Assembly (NCBI GenBank): GCA_943704425.1
Contig: CALSCP010002654.1
Span: forward strand, 1 to 34,861
Direction: 5' to 3'
From: Ministeria vibrans ATCC 50519
Lineage: Eukaryota; Protista; Filasterea
Length of the DNA: 34,861 nucleotides
Positions 10,174-21,900 of this stretch are shown in pieces. The notes beneath the pieces were generated by a model. The model saw only the letters and a program-made list of their open reading frames with translations. It did no database searches and was not told where the DNA came from. Every line of letters begins with the position of its first letter. Position 1 is the stretch's first letter. The position numbers were made by a program, and so were the translations under genes.

Positions 10174-13100
10174 ATGTCCCGCGTTGGCATGCTGAAAAAA
10201 AAATCTTTTTTCTTTCTTGCATTCGCAATTGCTTTTCTCGTCTCGCGCGCACACGCCGTCGCCTTCAACCCGACGTGCAGCCATGTTGACCCCCAAAGCA
10301 TGTCTCACTGTGTTGCCAAGGGGTACACACAGCTTCTTGAGCACGTGACGGTTGGCAACGACCACTCGGAACCGGACCTTCTTGCTCATATCGACCCTCT
10401 CTTCGTCGCCGAAAGACCTCTCCAAGAGGACTTAGAGGAGAAAATGAACCGCGAACGACTTGCACGACTTCAAACCAAAGTTGCTGACGCAGCGAGGGGC
10501 AGCGCGACTCGAATGAATCTTCTCGTTGGCGAACGCACGTTTACTCTTTCGCGTCAAACAGCAACTGAAAGAGAGCCCAAAGGTCTATTGGCAGCGCTTG
10601 CCAGCGGTGATGTTAGTTATCCAACGCAGTTTACTACGGAGAATGTCAACCTTGACATCGACAGCAGCAACATTGACAACACCGAACAGCATTCCCTCTT
10701 TTTCGACCGTGATTCTAGCATTTTTCAACGACTCGTCGTGTACCTGCGCACAGGCCTCACAGTTCAAGCGACATCAAGCAGCGATCTTGAGCACCTAATT
10801 ATAGAATGCGACTACTTTGAAATGACCAACCTCGCGGCGGAGCTACGCAGCAGGCGCCCCTTTTTGCAGATGTCCGACGAAATTGCCACACACATCTCGC
10901 TTACTTCTTCGCCACTCCGTCTTCCCAACTTCGACTTGCGATCTCTTCGACTTGCATATTTTAACTTCGGAATCGGTGCACAACTTGCCAACAGTATCCT
11001 GAGTGGAATGGATCTCCGACAAGCTTTTTTTGCTCACGGGACACTGGTGGGTGCGGATTTTTCCGGCGCTGATTTGAGTGGCGCCAACCTCAACTCAGCT
11101 GATCTTCGATCAGCTAATCTCACGGGTACAACCCTGACAAATGCGGACCTTTCGAAATGTGATTTAGCAGGCACAGATTTGACTGGGGTCGATTTGCGCA
11201 GCGTCAAACTAAACGGAGCAAATCTTCAACGCGCGCGTCTGGTTGGGACAATTTTGAGTTCCTCTCAGCTGGTTGGCTCTGACTTGACAGGTGCAGACTT
11301 GTCAGGTGCCGACCTAAATGGCGCTATCTTGACCAAGGCAATTCTCAAGTACTCGAATCTGAAAGGAGCGACGCTATGCGGCACCGACTTAACAAGCGCG
11401 GACTTGTTTAGTGCAGACCTATCGGATGCCAGCCTCAGCGACACACAACTGTCCAAAGCGAACCTTCAAAATTCGTCCCTTGTTGGAGCGAACATGACCA
11501 ACACGAACTTTGTTGATGCCGACTTAACCAGTTCAAATCTGACAATGGCCGATCTGAGTAGTGCCAACATGAAAAGGGCTATTCTCAGGTCTGCTCTTCT
11601 GACGGGTGCAAAGCTCGTGGTCACAGAGCTGACAGGCTCGGATTTGCGTGATGCTGACTTGTCGGGCGCCAACCTCAACAGAGTCATCCTCAACGGCGCA
11701 AAACTTAATCGTGCAAAGATGGTGGGTGCGACGTTGATTGGCGCGACGATGACTCNNNNNNNTTGCGTAATGCTGACTTGTCGGGCGCCAACCTCAACAG
11801 AGTCATCCTCAACGGCGCAAAACTTAATCGTGCAAAGATGGTGGGTGCGACGTTGATTGGCGCGACGATGACTCGCTCGGACTTGAGCAACGCAGACTTG
11901 TCGGGTGCGGACCTCAGCCATGCCAAATTGGCTGGGGCAATTCTCAAATCGACCCTCCTGACCGATGTGAATCTGACAGACGCGGAGCTTACGAAAGCTG
12001 ATCTCACCGCCGCGAACATGTCGGGAGCAACATTTGTCACAACCAACCTGAGCGGCGCTCTTCTCAATTTTGCATACTTGTCGAATACCAAATTAAGCAG
12101 TGCCAACGTCTCAAAGGCCAAGTTTCAAGGTGCATGTCTGCAGAACTCGTCTATTACAGCGGCACAGCTGGCTACGGTCGACTCTGATCTGGCACTCGCT
12201 GATTTGTCTGGAGTTGACCTGAGCAGGGTTTTGCTGCACAATTTTATTCTTCGAGACGCGAACCTGTCAGGCACAGTGCTGAAGCATGCTGATATGACGG
12301 GTGCTTATTTGAAGGGCGCTGACTTGTCGTACTCAGACTTGAGTGGTGCTAATCTACGCTCTGCCGTCCTACACTTTTCTCAGCTTGTGTGTGCGAAGTT
12401 AACCAATGCAATCCTCGATAAGGCAGATCTCTCAGACGCAAATCTGTTCAAATCCGAACTGGTCGGTACCCGCATGACAAAGGCGACTCTTGTGCGGGCC
12501 TTCTTGCCCAGTGCAAATTTGACTGGCGCCCGTCTGGAAGAGTCTGACTTATCCTACGCGAACGTGTCAGGTGCGTCACTCGTCGGCGTAGAGCTGACGC
12601 ACGCTGTTCTCGTTTATGCGAACCTGTCTGGCACCAATCTGACGGGCGCCAACCTGAGCAAGGCCCATCTCCATGGTACAAACTTGACGTCATCAACAAT
12701 GACTGCTGCACAGTTGGCTTTGGTCCTCCCTGACCTAGCGGACGCCAATTTATCTGGCCTTGACCTGAACGGAGTCAAACTGTCCTCATTCAATTTGAAA
12801 CAAGCGAAAATGTCAGGCACGACGCTGAAGGGCGCCGAAATGGTGGGATCTGTCATGGAGCGTGCAAACTTGTCGAACGCTGACTTGAGCGGGGCGAAAC
12901 TGAGTGAAACTAATCTTCGCTTTGTCGATTTGACGGGAGCGTCGCTAAAGGGCATCGAATTGATTCGTGCTGATCTTTCGCACGTCAATTTGTCACAGCA
13001 TGATTTGAGCGATGCGAACCTGAACCATGCGCAACTGCGAGGTGCAGATCTGTCAAGTGCACGGCTGGTCGACGTTACAATGTTTTTCTGCGATTTGACG

Positions 13101-14882
13101 ACCGCCAACCTGTCGGGCGCCAATTTAAGCGGCGCTGAGATGAGCAGCGCCATTCTGCAAGGTGCAAACCTGACCCACGCAGTTGTAAACGCTGCTCAGC
13201 TGAACATGATTGCAAAGAATCTGAAAAACACATACTTGACCGGTCTGAATCTCACGGGAGCGGTTTTGGATAACTTTATACTTGTAAATGCCCACCTTGA
13301 CCACGCTTTGTTGATGAACGCTACGTTCGCCTCATCAAACTGCTCGGGAGCAGACTTTCACAATGCAAATATGTCGGGTGTGACTGTGGAAAATGCAGAC
13401 TTTACATCGGCAAATTTAGCAGACACGGTGCTCGACGATCACACAAACTGGTCGTCGACCAATTTGAAAGACACACTATATGGTACGGCTAGTTTCAAAC
13501 TTGAGCAAATACTTGTGGTTCAATTTTTCTTGCTTTTTTTAGAGGCACACGTGACGAACATCCTCCTGATGAGATTGACGGAGCAGGCGGAAGCCACCGC
13601 TGCTGGCACTTTTGTCACTTCGGAAGAACTTGATCGAATTCTTCGTTCACTTCAATCTACGCGTGACCCAACGGACGTCAAGGCAAAGGCTATGTGTGCA
13701 CTCGAAAGTCTCGTCAAGAATCCGTCGATGCTTGAATTAGTTGGCTCTCGCTGTCAGCAGGGTAATTTATTGAATCCCTGTCGTCTTCTTGCCGCGCCAT
13801 CAATGCGATCTGAATTGTATACACAGTCGCCAATGAGCCAAGAGAAGGCTGTTCGCATCATGGGTGCACTGTCCAAGTTTGGTAAGGCAGGAGCTGTCCC
13901 TCATGAGGGTGATGATGCCGAAACCATTGCCACTTACATCGAAGTACTCAACAGTGGCTCGACTGAAGCCAGAAACACCGCTGCCTTGGGATTGCTTCAG
14001 CTGTCCACTGTGAACATTGGATCGGATATGCGCGTCGAGTACATCACGTCGCTTGGAAATTACTTTCAAACCTCACAGGTTGACATTCTTATGAATGGGG
14101 AGTTGGTGGGAAAATACGTTACGATCTTTCGCAATCTGGCTCGCAACCCCCTGAACCATACCAAAGCGATGGCAGTCGAAGCAGCTGCACTTGCTGCATT
14201 TGTTAAGGTCGTGGAGAAAGGCTCTGTTGCCAGTGTCGTGCGGAGTGCTTTGGGTGCAGTTTTATTTTTGGCAGAGAATGAGGACAACCGACGAACATTT
14301 GAAGAGGTTGGAGGATGTGCGGTAATTGTGAAACTGTTGAATCACGATACGGATATGGTCTCGTCCGCCGCTGCGAACGCAGTGCGATATTTGGCGCGTG
14401 ATAGTGTATTGGCAAGGGACGCCATCCCATTTGCCGGCGGTCTCGCTGCTCTTGTTTTGGTTCTGGAGAGTCGATCAACATATGTTCAACGATCCGCGAT
14501 TCGCGCGATCATTCCTCTCTCTCGAATTGCCGCAAACCGGCGGCGGCTTTATGAGCTTGACATTTATTCCATCCTGCAGAAAATCGAACATTTGCATGTC
14601 GATATCAAGGAAATGTCTGACCTGTATCTTGTTCTGGGGTGGCGTTCCTCTCTATCGCATGATAGTTGTGCATGGCTCGAGATGACTATGTCTTTTTACT
14701 TTGTTTTGTTGTTGACGATCGGAGGTCTCGGAGGTTTTATATTCTGCAACAACCGAGCATTCAACATCATCCCTATCTCCATTAACATCATCCCTATCTC
14801 CATTGTCGTCGCCGTGGGAATATATGCGGTGTATTTCATGGTGTATCACCCCTACTGCGTTATCCTTGAGTCGTACCAATGA
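10174..14882 (+). CDS. Signal peptide + KCTD-type BTB/POZ + very long pentapeptide-repeat region + armadillo repeats + two C-terminal TM segments; one gene split by a 7-N gap
   Basis: BTB/T1 motifs LLVGERTFTLSRQT..EPKGLLAAL..LFFDRDSSIFQRLVVYLRTG..LIIECDYFEM (KCTD9/FIP2-like). About 800+ aa of A(D/N)LxG pentapeptides run across both long ORFs. ARM-like helices: ENEDNRRTFEEVGGCAVIVKLL, AAANAVRYLA, AGGLAALVLVL. Start is ATG 10174 or 10189; probable 60-nt in-frame intron at 13483-13542. Confidence 0.85.
11644..11874. repeat. 112-bp direct repeat flanking the 7-N gap (11756-11762); probable 120-bp tandem unit
   Basis: 11644-11755 and 11763-11874 are identical except one base (TTGCGTG/TTGCGTA). 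Confidence 0.9.
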
Positions 14883-15986
14883 AGATACAGACGAAATAAA
14901 AATAATTTTATTAATAATATTTTTTAAACAATCACGATAATCCATTCCATAGAAATAAAGCAACTTTTCAAGACGATTATTACCTTTGATTGTGCATCCT
15001 GCGATTTAGCTTGAAGCTTTTGCCCTAGCTAGGACTTCCAAAAAAAAAAAGCAACTTTCCAGTGATCTGCGAGGAGTGCTTACCCGTGTCGCATCTTCTA
15101 CACCACCTCTTACTAATTTTTTCCCCTGCACTCCCGGCACGTATACTAACTCCTTCTTTCCTTTGGTTATTTTCTCCCTAACACTTTTTAAGAGAATACT
15201 AAATATTTAAAAAGTCTAAATGTGTGTTGTTACGGATAAATATATTAATTTTCGCGCAATGAGAACTATGATAAAATCTAATATATTGTTAATATTCGCG
15301 CGTCATTAGATTTTAGTTTAAGCACTCATTTTTAAAATATACATCCGGCGAATATTATTATAAATATTGCCTTGAACGGGTTAAACAGTACACGGCTTAT
15401 TTGTACACACACTCTTTTTATCTTAAATTTAACCTCAGTGCGGGTTGTGGGGTGAGAGGGATTGATGCCTTGGGTTTTCTTAGTCAGTAATGCTGCTAGT
15501 GATAGGCAGTGTTGTAATCAAGACTGGGAGTCTTATGTTGGCTTGTTGATATCAATAAAAGTCGCCTGAAAAGTTAATTAAAAAACTCTCTTTTACTTTT
15601 TTTTTAGTCAATACCACCACTACGCGTCGCGCGGCACATCGTGGCGCCCCTTTGCGGTGGAACTGGTGTTTATAAATACGGGAATGAGTGTGTCTAAAGA
15701 GTGAGAGACAGTCGAGAGAGACGAGTAGACAAAGTCACTTGAAAGTTTAATTCAAAGTAAAAGAGAGACGAGTGGAGAGAAAAAAACTTGTAGGAACTCT
15801 CGCTGAACAACCCGAGTGCGGATTGTGGGCTGAGAGTCTTGTACCAATGAAAGTTTAAATATAAAATTATGGGGCGAGAGCCCGGGCCCTAGGATTTCCA
15901 AAAAAAAAAAAGTTCAAGTTTTTTTAAAAACTTGTCCTCTGGGGCAGAATTATAATTCTTTTGAAAAAAAAACACCAAAATGTTCA

Positions 15987-18900
15987 TTATGCCACCACCT
16001 CACTCTCGTCCATATCGAGATCAAAAATACTCTGCAACTTGGGCGCTGGCGTCGCAATGCTGTCTCGCGAGTCCTCACGCGGATGAGCCGAAATTAGCTC
16101 CACCATTGAGTGCGTGGTGCGCTTGTGCGAGGCAATGGCACTCGAACGACGACGACGCTTGTGCACCACAATCACCGAGACCAGCACGATGACAAGAAGC
16201 AGGAGAGTGCCTCCTGCTGCTGCGGCAATGACAATGATCAGCGATGTCGACAGACCGCCACTGTTGCTTGCGCCGGTGTTAGTGGCGGGCACATTGAATG
16301 CAGCAACAGTTGAAAAATGTGTCACGGTCACTGTAAGTGTGTGTGTCACAGAGTCAGTGGCCACGAGGGTCGTCGATTCCCACACGCCGCCCGCGGGTGC
16401 GATTTTGACTTGAAGACGACCCGCGTTGACCAGCGCGATAAAGTCGTTGGTGCTCAGACCGTTGACAGTAACCACCAGGGTCACTGCAGTGCCAAAGCTC
16501 ATGCTGGGCTCCAGGCGCCACGCATCAGAGACTAAAAAAAAATAAGAATACATTATTATGAAAAAGAAAACAATACACCAACAACGGTGTACCTGAAGTC
16601 CAGGAGGCAGCAGCCGCATCACTGACGTCGGTGGGAAGGGCATGGTAGACCTGGACAGTGGCTGGCGACGTGAGTGCACCCGACGGGAACGTAAGAGAGA
16701 GAGACGTGACGGAGATGGCACCGCCCGTTGCGGAGATACTCTTGGACGCGATGGGGGTGGTGTAGTCGATGGTCTGGCAGTGGGAGCCCTGGCGGCCTCC
16801 TGTGCAGCGACAGGAGTAGCCACCCACATGATCGAGACAAGTGCCGCCGTAGAGACAGGGCTGCGAGGCACATTCGTTGGTGAGGTCAATGTTGCAGAGG
16901 CTGCCCGTGGTCACGGATGTGCACACACACTCAAAGCCAACGCCAACTAGATTGCGACAGGTACCGCCGTTGACACAGGGCTGCGAGACACACTCGTCGA
17001 TGTTCACATCGCACAGTATGCCGGTGAAGCCAGCGGGACACGAACAGGTGAACATATCAACAACATTGACGCAGAGACCGCCGTTGGTGCACGGTGATGA
17101 CGCACACTCGTCCATCTCCGACTCGCACAGCTCACCAGTGAAGCCACTGGCACACGCACACGAGAAAGCACCCACCGCATCGAGACACGAGCCGCCGTTA
17201 CCACAGGGAAACGAGGCGCACTCGTTCAGCTCGGTGGCGCACGTGAGGCCAGTAAAGCCCGCAGCACACACACACGCGAAGGCGTTGACCTGATCAACAC
17301 ACGTCGAGCTCGTGGTGCACGGCGACGAAGAACACTCGTTTGTATTGGTGTCGCAAACCAGACCAAAGAAGCCCGCGACGCACGCGCACGAGAACGAATT
17401 GAGTTCGTCGGTGCACGAAGCAGCATTTTGGCAAGGGCTCGAGGCACACTCGTCAATATCCGACTCGCAGAGAGTACCAGTAAAGCCCGCGACACAACCG
17501 CATACGAAACTGTTGACACTGTCGATACACGAAGCAGCATTCTGGCACGGAGCAGAGGCACACTCGTCGACGTTTGTTTCGCAGAGACTGCCTGTGAAGC
17601 CGGCAACACAGCCACACGCATATCCATTCGCCATGTCACTGCACGACGCGCCATTCACGCACGGCTGCGAGTCACACTCGTCGATATTAGTCTCGCACAG
17701 AGTGCCTGTAAAACCCGCAGCACATGTGCAGATATAACCGTTGGTGCTGTCGGCACAACTCGCACCGTTTAGGCAGGGGGTAGACGAGCACTCGTCGTTG
17801 TCCGTGTCGCACACGGCACCAAAAAAGCCAACAACACAAGTGCACGTGAAGGAGTTCACACCGTCCTGACAGGTACCGCCATTCTGACACGGTATCGACG
17901 CACACTCGTTAACATTTGTCTCGCACATCGCACCCATGTAGCCGGCCTGACAAAAGCATGAGAATGCATTGTGTAGGTTGTTGCATGATGCGCCATTCTG
18001 ACACGGCATCGACGCACACTCGTCAATGTCACTCTCGCACACCAGTCCCGTGTAGCCAGGGTCACACGCACACGAGTACGAATTGATTTTGTCAGTGCAC
18101 ACTGCACCATTTTGACACGGTTGCGACGCGCATTCGTCAATGTTGGTCTCACACCGAACGCCCGTGTAGCCAGCGGAACAACTACACGCAAAGGCGTCGA
18201 CAACATCGATACACGTTGCACCATTGATGCACGGTTGCGACGAGCACTCGTTGGTATCCGTATCGCACAGCAGGCCAAAAAAACCCGACACACATTCGCA
18301 CGAGAACGAATTGACATTGTCTACACACACGCCAGCGTTCTGACACGGCATCGACGCGCATTCGTTGATATTGGTCTCACATTGAGTACCAGCGTAGCCC
18401 GCATCACAGCCACAGGTGTATCCATTTATTTCGTCGATGCATGTCGCGCCATTCTGACACGGAGCTGAGGCACACTCGTCAACGTTGGTCTCGCACACGG
18501 CGCCCATGTACCCGGCAACACAGCTGCAGAGGTAGGCATCAAGCAGATTAGAGCAGGTTGCGCCATGTTGACACGGATATGAGGCACATTCGTCAATTTC
18601 GGACTCGCACGTCACACCTGCATAGCCAGCGACACACGAACAAGTGTAGCTACCACCGGCACCGTTGATACAGCCGGCACCATTCTGGCAAGGAGAAGAC
18701 TCGCATGGAAGCAGAACGGTAGCGCAGTCGGTACCGGTGAAACCAAAGGCACATATGCATGAGTAGTCATTAACTCCGTCGACGCAACTGGCACCGTTGC
18801 GACACGGCATTGACATGCACTCGTCAATGTTCGTTTCGCATGTGGTGCCGACAAATCCTGCGACGCAGCCACACCAGAAGCCGCTCACACTGTCGACACA

Positions 18901-21900
18901 ATTTGCATCGTTCTGACACGGCGATGAAGCACACTCGTCCGTCTCGGACGCACACTGTGGGCCAGAAAACCCTGCGAGGCACACGCAGGAGAAAGCAAAA
19001 TCCAAGTCGACGCAAGTGCCCGCATTCTGGCAGGGCAGCGATGCACACTCGTCAATATTGGTCTCACACATTGTATCGGTAAATCCTGCCACACAAGTGC
19101 ACACAAAGACGTCGCCGGAAATGGAGCAAGTGGCTCCATTCTGGCAAGGCATTGAAGCACATGCGTCCGTAATGGTTTCGCAAAACTCTCCCGCATGTCC
19201 AACCATGCAGCCGCACGAGAACGAGTCGACGAGATCTGTGCACGTTGCGCTGTTCATGCACGGCTGCGACGCACACTCGTCAATGTCCGTCTCGCACAAC
19301 GAGCCCGAAAAGCCAGACACACAAGTGCACGCGTATCCCGAAACCCCATCGCTGCAGGTCCCACCATTCATGCACGGCTGTGACGCGCACTCGTCCGTCT
19401 CGGCGTCGCACAAGTCTCCAAAGAACCCGCTGGGACACGCGCACGTGAACGAATTCACCTGATCCGTGCACGTTGCGCTGTTCATGCACGGCTGCGACGC
19501 ACACTCGTCAATGTCCGTCTCGCACAACGAGCCCGAAAAGCCAGACACACAAGTGCATGCGTATCCCGAAACCCCATCGCTGCAGGTCCCGCCATTCATG
19601 CACGGCTGTGACGCGCACTCGTCCGTCTCGGCGTCGCACAAGTCTCCAAAGAACCCGCTGGGACACGCGCACGTGAACGAATTCACCTGATCCGTGCACG
19701 TTGCGCTGTTCATGCACGGCTGCGACTCACACTCGTCAATGTCCGTCTCGCACAACGAGCCCGAAAAGCCAGACACACAAGTGCATGCGTATCCCGAAAC
19801 CCCATCGCTGCAGGTCCCGCCATTCATGCACGGCTGTGACGCGCACTCGTCCGTCTCGGCGTCGCACAAGTCTCCAAAGAACCCGCTGGGACACGCGCAC
19901 GTAAACGAATTCACCTGATCCGTACACGTTGCGCTGTTCATGCACGGCTGCGACGCACACTCGTCAATGTCCGTCTCGCACAACAAGCCCGAAAAGCCAG
20001 ACACACAAGTGCATGCGTATCCCGAAAACCCATCGCTGCAGGTCCCGCCATTCATGCACGGCTGTGACGCGCACTCGTCCGTCTCGGCGTCGCACAAGTT
20101 TCCAAAGAACCCGCTGGGACACGCGCACGTGAACGAATTCACCTGATCCGTGCACGTTGCGCTGTTCATGCACGGCTGCGACGCACACTCGTCAATGTCC
20201 GTCTCGCACAACAAGCCCGAAAAGCCAGACACACAAGTGCACGCGTATCCCGAAACCCCATCGCTGCAGGTCCCACCATTCATGCACGGCTGTGACGCGC
20301 ACTCATCCACATCTGTTTCACACACCAGCCCTGCAAATCCGCTCGTACAGAAACACACAAAGTCATTCGTAGCGCCGACCGCACAGCTGGCACCGTTCTG
20401 ACACGGCGACGACTCGCACGGTGGCACAGGCACAGTGCACTCAAGGCCGGTAAAGCCTGCTGTGCAAGCACAGAAAAAGGAGCCCGCACTAGAACCACTA
20501 ATGCATGTGCCGCCGTTAGTGCAACGAGGCACCGCACAGCCGTCGACAGGTGCCTGGCAGAATGTGCCGGTAAACCCGGCGGTGCAAGCACACGCAAATC
20601 CCTGTGTGCTCGCTGAACAGGTTCCACCACTCGCACATGGCGAGCTCAAACACGGATCCCACTGGCTTTCGCACTGTACCCCTGTAAAGAGACCGGTGCA
20701 GTCGCAGCGATACGACGCCTCCAGGTCAACACAAAGGCCTCCGTTGTGACAGGGCTGCGATGCACACTCGTTTATGGCCAAGTCGCACAGAGTACCGGTG
20801 AAGCCTGGGTTGCAGCTGCAGGCAAAGCCACCACCCGGCGCAAACATACATGTTCCCGATGTCGCGGCACATGGCGACGAGGCACAGGGATCCTGACAGA
20901 CGTACGACGACGTGAGATCGACACAGAGTGTGTTAGCGGGACAGGGCGATGAGAGGCACAGGTCAATGTCAAAGCAATCGAAGGTGCCGGCAAGGTTGCT
21001 ACATTCAAACCCGACCGAGCACGGCGACGAAAGACACTCGTCAATGTCGCCGAGACATGTATCTCCCGTGTAGCCGGCCATACATGTGCACACAAAGCGA
21101 TCGGGGGCGTTGGAACATATGCCACCATTAGCGCAAGGCATCAGTCCCGTCCCAGTAAGTGCCCCACAATAGTCCGGGACTGTCTCGCAAAGGACTCCGC
21201 TCACACCAGCATAGCACGTGCACGCAAACAAAGTGGCGCCGTCCACACACGTACCGCCGTTGAGGCACGGCGACGAGGCACAATAGTCAACGTCAAACTC
21301 GCACTGATCGCCGTAGCGGCCCTCGGGACACACACAAGTGCCCAAGGGTGGCATGCATGTGCCGCCATTGGTACAAGGCGACGAGCCACACGCGTCCAAG
21401 GGCGTCGAGCAGTTGGTGCCAGTAAAGCCACTGGTACACGCACACGTAAACGACTGGAAGCTGGCACCGGCGGTGCACGAGCCGCCATTGTCACACGGGC
21501 TGGCAAGGCACGGATCATCAAAGTGACACTGCCCAGCATTTGCGCCGTAGTTCTGGTCGTAGCAGATGGACACCTGAAAGGGTGTCGGAAGCGGACAACT
21601 GCCGCCAAAGTAGAGCAGGAGTTGAATGCCTGCGTGCAATGGAAAGAGTAAAAGAACAGATAAAAAACACAAAAATTAATTTACCTTTGGGGTTCTTGGA
21701 GCCGAGCGAAGGATAAGTGACAAATTTTTGCTCGAGAAGCACCGGAGGATTGCACGAGAAGAGCGAATAGGTAGTCATGCTGTCGGTGAAGTCTTGCTGC
21801 AACGTGTACTTGCGGCCGACACGAAGCGGCGTATCGAACGTCTGGAGCAACTCCGGAGGCGCACCGGACGCAAAGGGCTGTTGGGAGTCGACATAGTCGT

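Noticed and set aside
11756-11762. Pseudogene or programmed frameshift in the pentapeptide gene
   Set aside because: The frame change coincides with an N-gap of estimated size; 8 nt restores the frame.
10920-13470. Qnr/MfpA-type quinolone-resistance gene
   Set aside because: Only the generic pentapeptide fold is shared; length and BTB/ARM context are unlike Qnr.
14763-14804. 21-bp tandem duplication (NIIPISI x2) before the last TM segment
   Set aside because: Real but most simply a small slippage event; no further inference supported.
15228-15810. Solo LTR (TGTTAC start, TATA box) or Helitron end
   Set aside because: No matching LTR end with TSD, and CTAG is not followed by T; insufficient to call a mobile element.
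16877-21526. Repeated + strand ORFs (HGCDAHSS..)
   Set aside because: Antisense shadows of the EGF repeats.
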